From Nitrososphaerota archaeon (GTDB lineage Archaea > Thermoproteota > Nitrososphaeria_A > Caldarchaeales > Calditenuaceae), in NCBI GenBank assembly GCA_041641295.1, contig JBEPYO010000001.1, forward strand, positions 992,001-1,056,000: 64,000 nucleotides of DNA. The letters are read 5' to 3'. The notes under the pieces were generated by a model. It saw nothing but the letters and a program-made list of their open reading frames with translations, was not told the DNA's origin and searched no databases. Each line of letters begins with the position of its first letter. Position 1 is the first letter of the stretch. This document shows, in pieces, positions 20,166 to 29,302 of this stretch. Position numbers and translations under genes: made by a program.

Positions 20166-20435
20166 GCGACCGGAAAGACTAGGGAGGAGAAGAATACTGA
20201 CAGTAGAAGCCATAGCGGCCCAATAAGGTCTAGCCTAGAGTGTGAATAGAGAAAACGCTGCTAGGCCCCTTCCACGCTCGGAATTTTTGGCAGATCTCAC
20301 TCACCCAAATTCGTGGCTAGCGTTGCTGAACCCGGTGGACATCTGATCTCTAGCTTCGAAATCGAGTCTGACAAGCCTTGAAGGCGGATGTGAGTTTCAA
20401 AGAGCTTCTATGCCTATTCAGCCGGCCTAGTGGTC

Positions 20436-21242
20436 CTACAGGCGTAGACCAAGCTTGGTCAAAAAGAGGGAGATAGCCAAAACGCCTAACAAGACAAAGA
20501 CCGTCGCAGCTCCTGGAGAAATATCTAGAAAATAAGATAGCAATAGACCGAAGAAGAGTGAGGCCTCGCCAAAAGCCACTGAGAAGAGAATAGCTTTACG
20601 CATGGAAGATACAAGTACGCCCCCAGCCATCACTGGAACAACGATAAGAGCAGTAACGAGAAGTACACCCACAACCCTAACACTAACCGCTACGGCAAGC
20701 CCGGTGACAAGTGCAAACAAAGCCTCGTACAGTCCCACATTCACTCCCCTAATTCGCGCCAACTCTTCACTAACGGCATAGAGCAAAACTCCTCCAAAAT
20801 TCCGCAAGACAAAAATCAGAGCGAAGGCAGAGATGAGGAGCCCCGCAACTATGTCCTCAATGCTCACTGCCAAAACACTCCCAAACAATACAGACCCCAA
20901 ACTAACCCGCGCACCCCGAGAAATCGCAACCGCCGCAATAGCAGCACTCAATGACAAAAGAATAGCCAAAACCTGATCACCCGATAGGCCAAACCCCCGA
21001 ACAAGTCTCAAAGCAACAAAAACACCTACAACTACAACCACGTATGCCAGGTAAACTCCAGAAATACCAAACAAAGCACCCAAAGCCACCGAGGCCAAGA
21101 CAAAATGTGATGAGGAATCGCCTAGGAGGGAAAGTCTCTTAGGGACAATAAAACAGCCCACAAATGGGAGGATAAAACCGGCTACCAGGCCGGCCAGAAA
21201 AGCCCTCTGCATAAAGGGTTGGAGGAAAATCTCAAAAACCAA
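20436..21242 (-). CDS. Zn/Mn ABC transporter permease (ZnuB-like)
   Basis: GDSSSH, LFGSVL, VGVLLVTAL. Confidence 0.9.
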   Translation of the reverse strand: MVFEIFLQPFMQRAFLAGLVAGFILPFVGCFIVPKRLSLLGDSSSHFVLASVALGALFGISGVYLAYVVVVVGVFVALRLVRGFGLSGDQVLAILLSLSAAIAAVAISRGARVSLGSVLFGSVLAVSIEDIVAGLLISAFALIFVLRNFGGVLLYAVSEELARIRGVNVGLYEALFALVTGLAVAVSVRVVGVLLVTALIVVPVMAGGVLVSSMRKAILFSVAFGEASLFFGLLLSYFLDISPGAATVFVLLGVLAISLFLTKLGLRL

Positions 21243-21244
21243 GG

Positions 21245-21976
21245 CTAATGCCCATGCTTAACCAAGTACACGTGGAATCCGTAGATGTTGCAGAGCTGCT
21301 CGGAATTAACCAGCTCGGTAATACTCCCATCGAAGAGTGCCCCGCGATTAATGCAGATCACCCGCGAAGCCAAGGTCGATAAAGCCGCGACGTCATGCGT
21401 AGCTATGATGGCCGAGAGTCCCCATTCCGTGCGAAGCCTATCCAAGAGCTGCATAAACGCGGCAACACCGTTCTGGTCAAGAAAGACTGTAGGTTCGTCG
21501 AGAAGCAGCAGCTCTGGCCTGTTGACTAGGGAGGCTGCAAGCATGACTCTTTGAAGATTACCGCCTGACAGGTCGTGAATCCTCTGCCCCAAAACCCCTT
21601 CAGGATCCTCAATACCCACTAGCTGCAGTGCCTCTATGGGATCTAGCCCCTCCCTCACAACTCGCGAGGCCCGGAGAAACTCGCTTACACTAATCGGCAT
21701 CCTCTCAAAAAATGTTGTAGCATTCTGGGGAAGATAGCCCACGCGCCACCATTCCCGAAAACTCTTCACATCAACTCCAAACACCCTGACGACCCCTCTA
21801 ACAGGCCTAACTAGGCCAACAATGGCTTTAAGAATCGTCGACTTACCTCCACCGTTCGGCCCCAAAAGGAATACTACCTCCCGTGGACCCAGCCTAAACG
21901 AGACATTACTAATAGCCTCGACGCCTCTGACATAGGATACGGCAACATTATCAAAGACTACAACTGGGTCAGCCAC
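21245..21976 (-). CDS. Zn/Mn ABC transporter ATPase (ZnuC-like)
   Basis: GPNGGGKS, LSGG, LLDEPT, THD. Confidence 0.92.
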   Translation of the reverse strand: MADPVVVFDNVAVSYVRGVEAISNVSFRLGPREVVFLLGPNGGGKSTILKAIVGLVRPVRGVVRVFGVDVKSFREWWRVGYLPQNATTFFERMPISVSEFLRASRVVREGLDPIEALQLVGIEDPEGVLGQRIHDLSGGNLQRVMLAASLVNRPELLLLDEPTVFLDQNGVAAFMQLLDRLRTEWGLSAIIATHDVAALSTLASRVICINRGALFDGSITELVNSEQLCNIYGFHVYLVKHGH

Positions 21977-22865
21977 ACTTGAACCCCTCCTCCAATGCCT
22001 CCAGATTCAGACGCATCAAATAGACATAACCCTTCCCCTCCCGCACATCCTCGAGTGTCAAGCCTTCCCCCGTATAAAGCATCAAGACCCTTAGACCAAA
22101 CTCTCTGCTCAAAGACTCGACTATGGGGTGGATAAAATCATCCTCAGCATATATGGCGCAGACACGCTCTAGGGCCTCCCTAACCTCCATAATGTGGGAA
22201 GCGGTGGGCTCCTCCTCTTCAGGTCCCAATACAGGCAAGATTCGAAGACCATATTCCTCTGCGAGATACCTAAAAGCATTATGTTGTGTAACGATGACCC
22301 GGCCCCTATAGGGGGCCAGTATATTGTTGAAATCCTCGTGCAGCTTATCAAGCTCGCCAAGCATCGCAGCGGCATTCTCTCTAATCCTCGGAGCAAGCTC
22401 GGGAAACTCTAGAGACAGCTCGCGGGCAATATTCTCTACCAAGACTCTCACATTACGCGGACTCAGCCACAGGTGGGCATCATACCCCATACCTTCCTCC
22501 AGTCTCAGTAGAGAAATACCTTCAGAGGCCTTAAAGCTTCTGACACCTGCTGATGCTGCAATCCTTGCACCCCAGTCATCAAATCCCTCCACGGTCCATA
22601 TGAGTAGTCGCGACCGGGCAACCTCTCTGACAGCCTCTGGAGTGGGCTCCCAGTCGTGAATCTCTACGGCAGGGGGAAGGAGCTGGACAACCTGAATCTC
22701 GCCACCTCCAAGCCGGTAAACAATCTCGCCGAGCAGCCCCCAAGTAACTGCTACTGAGCTCCCACGAGGAGCACTAGGGGAAAACTGGCTCCCCCCCAGC
22801 CAAAAAGAGGAAAAAATCACGGCTGCCGAAACGACGGCGAGTAAGACCACAAACCGCAACTTCAT
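21969..22865 (-). CDS. Zn/Mn ABC transporter substrate-binding protein (ZnuA-like)
   Basis: IHDWEPTP, DAHLWLSP, HNAFRY. Confidence 0.9.
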   Translation of the reverse strand: MKLRFVVLLAVVSAAVIFSSFWLGGSQFSPSAPRGSSVAVTWGLLGEIVYRLGGGEIQVVQLLPPAVEIHDWEPTPEAVREVARSRLLIWTVEGFDDWGARIAASAGVRSFKASEGISLLRLEEGMGYDAHLWLSPRNVRVLVENIARELSLEFPELAPRIRENAAAMLGELDKLHEDFNNILAPYRGRVIVTQHNAFRYLAEEYGLRILPVLGPEEEEPTASHIMEVREALERVCAIYAEDDFIHPIVESLSREFGLRVLMLYTGEGLTLEDVREGKGYVYLMRLNLEALEEGFKCG

Positions 22866-22998
22866 TATTGAGGCAGCACCATCGAAAAATTTAGGGTCGC
22901 CCTAAATTTAAGCATATAACAAACACACCCACAAGACCTAAGCCCCCACAACTCTCACGGAAAACTAATATAGACGTGGCGAATAGCTAGGTCTCGGA

Positions 22999-23154
22999 AT
23001 GCCATCCCACGGCTCAATAACAAAAGCAGGCAAAGTCAGAAGCCAGACACCAAAGATAGAGCCTAGGCCACACAGGTCTCCAACGCCTAGAGAGAGGAAC
23101 AGGAATAACTACATCAAGAGGGTGCTCACCGCTTCAGCGCAGCAGAGAGAATAG
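22999..23154 (+). CDS. rps30e: 30S ribosomal protein S30e (below ORF-track size cut-off)
   Basis: MPSHGSITKAGKVRSQTPKIEP...RNRNNYIKR. Confidence 0.95.
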   Translation: MPSHGSITKAGKVRSQTPKIEPRPHRSPTPRERNRNNYIKRVLTASAQQRE

Positions 23155-23155
23155 A

Positions 23156-24106
23156 ATGGAGAGCCCGGTTCTCCTCACCGGAGGAGCTGGCTTCCTAGGA
23201 AGCCACATCCTAGACAGGCTTCTCAGCCAGCAAGTAGAGACAGTGGTGCTGGACAACTTCTCATCCGGCCAGCGTGAAAACATTGCACACCATAGAGGCA
23301 GTAAACTGCTCAAGATCGTGGAAGGTGACATCAGGGATAGGGAGGCGGTTGACAGGGCATTGCGGGGCTGCAGAACCATAATACATCTGGCCGCAAACCC
23401 CGAGGTCAGGATGGGGGACCCTGAAGAGCACTTGGAGCATAACATAAGAGGGACGCTAAATATTTTGGAGGCTGCTAGGCGGCTTGACATATCACTCATA
23501 GCATTCGCATCCTCCTCCACGGTCTACGGTGAGGCAAAAACACTGCCAACGCCCGAGGACTACACGCCAATGAAGCCAATCTCGACATACGGAGCCTCAA
23601 AACTTGCCTGCGAGGCATTACTCTCAGCCTACGCCCACACATACGGCCTCCCAGCAGTAGCCCTTAGATACGCTAACATTGTCGGGCCTAGGGCGAGACG
23701 TGGAGTAGTCTATGACTTCACTAGAAAGCTCATCGCGAATCCCCGCAGGCTTGAGATATTGGGGGACGGCACGCAGAAGAAGTCCTACATCTGGGTGGGA
23801 GACGCGGTAGAGGCGACGCTAAAAACGGTTGAGAGGCGGACAGGAGACTTCGAGGCCTACAATGTAGGGAGCATCGACGCCATAACTGTTAGAGAGGTCG
23901 CTGACGCTGTCTGTGAGGCCTTAAACCTCAAGGGTGTAGAGTATGTCTTCGCAGGCGGGCCCGGTGGCAGAGGCTGGCCCGGAGACGTCAAGTTTATGCA
24001 CCTAGACATAAGTAGGCTGATGGCCCTGGGCTGGAGGCCAAGATACAATAGCAGAGAAGCTGTAGCTATGGCTGCGCGGGAAATAAAAAACGAACTCACG
24101 AAGTAG
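23156..24106 (+). CDS. NAD-dependent epimerase/dehydratase (GalE-like)
   Basis: GGAGFLGS, YGASK, RYANIVG. Confidence 0.92.
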   Translation: MESPVLLTGGAGFLGSHILDRLLSQQVETVVLDNFSSGQRENIAHHRGSKLLKIVEGDIRDREAVDRALRGCRTIIHLAANPEVRMGDPEEHLEHNIRGTLNILEAARRLDISLIAFASSSTVYGEAKTLPTPEDYTPMKPISTYGASKLACEALLSAYAHTYGLPAVALRYANIVGPRARRGVVYDFTRKLIANPRRLEILGDGTQKKSYIWVGDAVEATLKTVERRTGDFEAYNVGSIDAITVREVADAVCEALNLKGVEYVFAGGPGGRGWPGDVKFMHLDISRLMALGWRPRYNSREAVAMAAREIKNELTK

Positions 24107-24111
24107 GTATT

Positions 24112-24375
24112 CTATCTACTTTCTTCTGGCTTGGTGCCACCTGCCTCTTGGGATAGCTCCTTTTCAATCTCTTCCAGCGGTTTTGGCGGAGGCGTCGTGG
24201 CGAGAGTATATCCTATCCAAGCGAGGACGCCGAGTATTGCAGCTACGCCGGCGAAGGCAGTAAGCTGTAGGACGAGAATCGCCCACTGGCTGAAGAAGAC
24301 CAGCCAGCCGTAGATGATGATACCGGCGATACAGCCGACAAGTAATACCACACCCAGTTGCTGATCCCTAGGCAA
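24112..24375 (-). CDS. Small two-TM archaeal membrane protein
   Basis: Two hydrophobic helices and WIGYTLATTPPPKP tail. Confidence 0.8.
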   Translation of the reverse strand: MPRDQQLGVVLLVGCIAGIIIYGWLVFFSQWAILVLQLTAFAGVAAILGVLAWIGYTLATTPPPKPLEEIEKELSQEAGGTKPEESR

Positions 24376-24539
24376 GCCGAGAAGGTAACGAGTAACGCCA
24401 CGATATAAGCGTTAGCTACGGGCAGCCATCAACTATGAATATAGTCGACATCCACGCAGCACTTTCCGAATTCCTAAAATCAACACACAGCGCGTCAAGT
24501 ATTACGGTAAGTCCTCGGTGGAAAAACTCTTAAAAAAGC

Positions 24540-25550
24540 ATGTATACACTCGTTTTCTCAGGTGGACTTTCTCTAATGAAGAGCGTCGAAGGGGCCGTAG
24601 CTACGCAGGCATCGCCCAGTGTGAAGGACCTAGTGCTCCTACTTTTTAAAGAGGGGCCAGAACAGGAAATTACCCCGGTCCTAGTGCCGGGCCTCGGCGT
24701 GTATTACACCTTGGCTGGATTCCAGATTCAGGCTGATAGCTTATTGACACGCTATAGGGAAGCATTCCTCGAGGTAAAGAGGTATGTTTCCTTTCCCTCA
24801 TGCTCAGTCTGTGGCTCGACCTCCCTAAGGCTTGAAGTCCTATGCCCGAGCTGTAGGCAGAGCGACCTCCTCCGAATCGACCTTGTCGTTCATTACGACT
24901 GCGGATTCATGGGCGGCGTAGAGGACTTTATTCGGGATAGTCAGGGACTATTGGAAAAATGTCCAAAATGCGGTAAGCCCCTGAAAAGGGTTGGAATAGA
25001 CTACGGGCGGCCGGGCCTAGGCTACAAGTGCCGATTGTGCGGAGCAATATTCCAATACCCGCTAACCCTCCTGAGATGTGATAAGGATCACCCGACGACA
25101 CTCGACAAGATTGGCGTTGAGAGATACCCCGTCTTCACGGTGAGCAAGGATCTCCAAAAGGCTCGCCCAATACTTGACCTTCTCGAGAAAATCCAAGCAG
25201 AGTTAGAGCGTAGACTAAACGTAGAGGTGGAGGTCTTAAGAGTCATTAAAGGTAGGAGCAGAATGCCACATATAATTCACGCGTTAATTCGCTCTGGAGA
25301 TAAAGTTGTGGCTATTGAAATCCTAGATGAGAGGTCAGATATCTCAGATGCTATGAGCGTTGTTTCGAAGGCAGTGGACCTAGGCATACACTTTATAGTC
25401 ATTTTGGACGAGGAGAAGGCGTTAGAGCTTAGAAAAGTGCTTAATCCCGACTACTTCACTCTGATCCCAATGAGGGAAAGACGATTAGAGGATATCAGCG
25501 ACCTGCTTTTGGAGTCGGTGTATTCTTTTGTCTTCGGGAAGAGTATCTAG
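24540..25550 (+). CDS. TackOD1-like multi-Zn-ribbon protein with C-terminal restriction-endonuclease-like domain
   Basis: CSVC, CPSC, HYDCG, CPKC...GIDY, CRLC pattern; then KGRS-x2-H segment. Confidence 0.75.
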   Translation: MYTLVFSGGLSLMKSVEGAVATQASPSVKDLVLLLFKEGPEQEITPVLVPGLGVYYTLAGFQIQADSLLTRYREAFLEVKRYVSFPSCSVCGSTSLRLEVLCPSCRQSDLLRIDLVVHYDCGFMGGVEDFIRDSQGLLEKCPKCGKPLKRVGIDYGRPGLGYKCRLCGAIFQYPLTLLRCDKDHPTTLDKIGVERYPVFTVSKDLQKARPILDLLEKIQAELERRLNVEVEVLRVIKGRSRMPHIIHALIRSGDKVVAIEILDERSDISDAMSVVSKAVDLGIHFIVILDEEKALELRKVLNPDYFTLIPMRERRLEDISDLLLESVYSFVFGKSI

Positions 25551-27060
25551 CAGAAGAAGGATAGTCTTCACGATTATCTTCCTGTCACTGGTCTTATTCT
25601 CTCTAATTGCCTTCACCAGACAATCACTACTGTTTCTCGCATACTTCATTACTGTTTTCTATATCGCTTGGGGAGTTTATCACATACTATTAACTATAAA
25701 GGGCGTCGGGCCAGTCTTCAGACCACGCACACCCCCAAGCAGGTTCCCTAAGGTCTCCGTAATTGTCCCAGCCATGAACGAGCCCATTCTGCCAAGGACC
25801 ATAGAGGTGCTTGTAAACCATCAGGCATACCCCGCGGGCCTCAAGGAGGTTATCGTCGTTACCGATGACCCACTTGGCGAGAGGTTATCGCTGTTCATGC
25901 AGCAAAAATACCCAGAGAATGTCAGAGCCCTAGCCCGGAGAGCCTTCTACCCCACCAAGCCGAGCGCCCTGAACGACGGCCTCAGACTCTGCTCTGGGGA
26001 GATCGTGGGTATTGTTGACGTTGAGGATATACCTGACTCAGATGTTTTCCAGAAGGCAGTTTCAGCCCTTGTGGACTACGGCTACGATGCCGTACAGGCT
26101 ATACTGAGGATAAACAACGAGGAAGACTCGTGGATAACACGGGTCTTTGCATACGAGTATGCGGGCTGGTTCCGTATCTGGCTCAACGGTAGGTCTCGCC
26201 TCGGCCTATACACGCCGCTGGGCGGGACAGGCAACTACTTCTGGAAAACAGCAGCAGTACAAGTAGGTGGCTGGGACTCACTCAACGTGGCGGAGGACGC
26301 GGAGCTAGCTGTACGCATGACCCTCGCCAAGATGAAGATAGGCGTCATAGACGCTAGGCATTGGGAGGAGGCTCCTGTGACCTTCAAAAAGTGGCTAAGG
26401 CAGAGGACAAGGTGGTTTAGGGGCTGGCTTCAGAGCCTCTGGAAGTACGCGCCACTGCTTTGGCGGCCTAGCTTTGTGAAGAGGATAGGCTTCATTAAAC
26501 TTCTCTCCATACTGCTAATGCTTCTCACCCCGATAGTTGTTTTATTGAACTGGGTCAGCTTCGCATTGACCGGGCTATGGATACTGGAGTTATACGGCAT
26601 AACACCCCCACTCCTCAGCAACGTCTTCCCAGTATGGGCGATCCTCCCAGCCTTCTTCAACGTGATCTACATTTCAGCCTGGCTCATAGGCGGACGCCTC
26701 GAGCGGGTTAAGACACCATGGTGGTCCGTGATCCTTCCAATGCTATTTTACACATACGTGATGATGCCTATAGCCAGCCTTAGGGCGATATACCAAGAGA
26801 TAACAAAGCCGGTTATCTGGGAAAAGACAGAGCACCCAGGCCGAGGTGTGGTCGGCTTTGTAGCGGAGACTGAAGCCAAGCAGCAGATTCCGGCAGCCTA
26901 CCAACCATACGAATCTCAAGAACTACAACTAAACGAATACTATACAACGCCTCAGAAAACCATATCCGAGGGAGCCGCAATAGCGTTTTGGAGCTTTATA
27001 CTCGCCCTCGACCTCCTATTCATCTGGCTCCTACTATCCAACCCAAGCATCCTAAGCTGA
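25528..27060 (+). CDS. Processive GT2 glycosyltransferase (cellulose synthase-like)
   Basis: KPSALN, DVED, AED, QRTRW; flanking TM helices. Confidence 0.9.
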   Translation: MSSGRVSSRRRIVFTIIFLSLVLFSLIAFTRQSLLFLAYFITVFYIAWGVYHILLTIKGVGPVFRPRTPPSRFPKVSVIVPAMNEPILPRTIEVLVNHQAYPAGLKEVIVVTDDPLGERLSLFMQQKYPENVRALARRAFYPTKPSALNDGLRLCSGEIVGIVDVEDIPDSDVFQKAVSALVDYGYDAVQAILRINNEEDSWITRVFAYEYAGWFRIWLNGRSRLGLYTPLGGTGNYFWKTAAVQVGGWDSLNVAEDAELAVRMTLAKMKIGVIDARHWEEAPVTFKKWLRQRTRWFRGWLQSLWKYAPLLWRPSFVKRIGFIKLLSILLMLLTPIVVLLNWVSFALTGLWILELYGITPPLLSNVFPVWAILPAFFNVIYISAWLIGGRLERVKTPWWSVILPMLFYTYVMMPIASLRAIYQEITKPVIWEKTEHPGRGVVGFVAETEAKQQIPAAYQPYESQELQLNEYYTTPQKTISEGAAIAFWSFILALDLLFIWLLLSNPSILS

Positions 27061-27175
27061 AAGTGTTATTCCTCTTTAAAATTCGCATATCCACTACAGG
27101 CACGGTGTTAAAAATGGTAGATACACTGAATAACCGAGGGCTAAGCTTATTTTCCTCCGCTAGCTTCCTCTCTGC

Positions 27176-27727
27176 GTGAGGGCTAGGGTTACGGGGCTGG
27201 CTGCCGCTTGGGCTGCATACTTCTTTATAGCTGCCGCGATAGGTGTGTCGCCTTGGTTCAGCATATATGACAATGCCCTTAGCGATCTTGGCAATTATGG
27301 GAGGCAGGGGTTTAAGGCTGCGATCTTTAACACGGGCCTAATGGTCTCAGGGATATTAGCAGCCGTAACTGCGGTCCTGATACTCCGCGGAAAGCGTCAC
27401 CGCCTCATCATCCCATGGTCTGTCCTACTGTTTGTGGCTGGAGTGGATCTTGTGTTGGTTGGTGTTTTGTCTGAGGACTTTGGCGCGGCGCATGGTGTTG
27501 TCTCGGTGATCCTCTTCACGCTCTTTGGTCTGACCTTGCTGGTGTATGGTGTCTGTTCTCTCCTCATGAAGGATTGGGGGCCTGGTGTCTACGCTATTGC
27601 AGCATTTCTGGCGAGCCTTGCCACTTGGATGATAGATTGGCCTTGGACGGGTGTTGCTATTCAGGAGACTATAGCCTCTCTCCTCGTGTCGGTCGGACTA
27701 ACCATAATGGCCATAAGGCACGGCTGA
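27176..27727 (+). CDS. DUF998-like membrane protein
   Basis: NALSDLG...FNTGL...H...E pattern in a multi-TM protein. Confidence 0.75.
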   Translation: MRARVTGLAAAWAAYFFIAAAIGVSPWFSIYDNALSDLGNYGRQGFKAAIFNTGLMVSGILAAVTAVLILRGKRHRLIIPWSVLLFVAGVDLVLVGVLSEDFGAAHGVVSVILFTLFGLTLLVYGVCSLLMKDWGPGVYAIAAFLASLATWMIDWPWTGVAIQETIASLLVSVGLTIMAIRHG

Positions 27728-27835
27728 TACCGGTTCATCGCCACAGATTCACCCAACCCAGGGTAGTTTACGGAAAACGGTTAGGGTCTTTCATACCTGA
27801 TATATGATTGTTTAAAAGACGGTGATGCTGTCGGA

Positions 27836-28375
27836 TTGGTGGGATGGTGGTTGTCTGCTAGGGAGACGCATCGCGGAGAAACATGGGCTTACAGGTACAG
27901 GAAGGGGGCGGTGGCTAACGGGCTCGTATCCGTTTTCTGGACACTGCTTTACGTGCTGCCGTTCGAGCCTTTCCCGATGCTGCTGAAGATAGTTGTGGCT
28001 GGTGGTCCGGGGGTGTGGTTCATGCTTGGCTACCTGCTACACATGATAGTAGGCTTCGGAGGATTTCTAGGGCTGTCATACTTATACTCTGTAGCCGAGG
28101 ACTCGGGTGGTAGAAGGATCAACAATGCCCTAGCCCTTACAGGCTATGTCGCTCTATTCATCGGGTTTACCGGCACTACTTTTGGGCTGGCCGTGGCAGG
28201 GGCTGTTGGGGGCTATACGGCAGTTATACTGCATGCACCGGCTGAAAGTGTTCGCATGGTGATGGAGCCTTTCGTAAACCCTCTCAGGGTCCTATGCATA
28301 GTCGCTGTGGTAGGAGCTATCGCTGGTCTGGCGGCTCCCTACGCCTCTAAGCCCTCACCACCCACGTCTACCTAA
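27836..28375 (+). CDS. Hypothetical membrane protein (about 4 TM)
   Basis: Hydrophobic 179-aa ORF; exact start uncertain. Confidence 0.65.
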   Translation: MVGWWLSARETHRGETWAYRYRKGAVANGLVSVFWTLLYVLPFEPFPMLLKIVVAGGPGVWFMLGYLLHMIVGFGGFLGLSYLYSVAEDSGGRRINNALALTGYVALFIGFTGTTFGLAVAGAVGGYTAVILHAPAESVRMVMEPFVNPLRVLCIVAVVGAIAGLAAPYASKPSPPTST

Positions 28376-29264
28376 TCTTGACCGCCACCACTATGATGAC
28401 GGATATGGCGAGAGCTAGTAGCAATGAGATAAGAAGGAGTGCAGTCTCGTCCGACGCCTCCCACGAGACGGGAGAGTAGGCCCACACAGCCTCACCCCGC
28501 TGAGAGAAGCTGATAGATATGAAGCTGGGGACAGGTGCTCCACCCCCCACCACGAACAGTGATTCACGGTAGAAAACTTGTCCATCGTCCACATACCAGC
28601 CGCCTACCACCCTCCGCCCATCCACAAATATTCCGTGAAGGACCATGTTCCCCATCGAGGCGAAGACCCCCTCATTAGAAGTGTATGACTCGAGTGCGAT
28701 TACTTCCTGCCCTCCCGACCTAAAGGAGGCGCTCCCGTCGGCCACTATTGCGAAAACCCCCTTCTCTCCCGTCGAGTAATCGTATACTTCTCCAAACCAT
28801 GTTGTATACGGGCCTTGCACTGCTGAGTAGATGGATAGTGAGAGTCTGCTTCCTGGGGCAGGGTGTGGAGCGGCCCTATAGGCGACTAGTTGGTATTCCT
28901 TTCGCGACTCATAGACGCCTGTCACATACATTACATAGGTTGACCAGTGGTTCTGTCCCGGCTCAATCCCCGCCGCAACCTGTAAAACTGTGCCTGACAT
29001 CGTCATTGCGCTCACAATAACGTAGACGGTGTTATCAGTGTAGTTGATTTTCGGAATTGTGACAACTATGGTGAGGTTTCTGGATGAAGACCAGTCTAGG
29101 ACCCCTCCGTCATCGAGTGGGCATCCCTCAGGCAAAGTTAAACCCAGCGCCCAAGGGCGTCTACTAACGACTCTTTCCCACTCGTCTGAGCCAGAAGCAT
29201 TGGGTAGCAGTGCCAATAGAACCAGTAGGAAAAACAGAGGCGTGGCTGACCTCTGACGGTCCAC
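28368..29264 (-). CDS. Secreted, C-terminally anchored beta-rich protein
   Basis: N-terminal signal peptide and C-terminal TM helix with basic tail. Confidence 0.75.
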   Translation of the reverse strand: MDRQRSATPLFFLLVLLALLPNASGSDEWERVVSRRPWALGLTLPEGCPLDDGGVLDWSSSRNLTIVVTIPKINYTDNTVYVIVSAMTMSGTVLQVAAGIEPGQNHWSTYVMYVTGVYESRKEYQLVAYRAAPHPAPGSRLSLSIYSAVQGPYTTWFGEVYDYSTGEKGVFAIVADGSASFRSGGQEVIALESYTSNEGVFASMGNMVLHGIFVDGRRVVGGWYVDDGQVFYRESLFVVGGGAPVPSFISISFSQRGEAVWAYSPVSWEASDETALLLISLLLALAISVIIVVAVKIR

Positions 29265-29302
29265 TCTTACCCGATAACTTGAACAACCGCCAGATTATTA
29301 TC

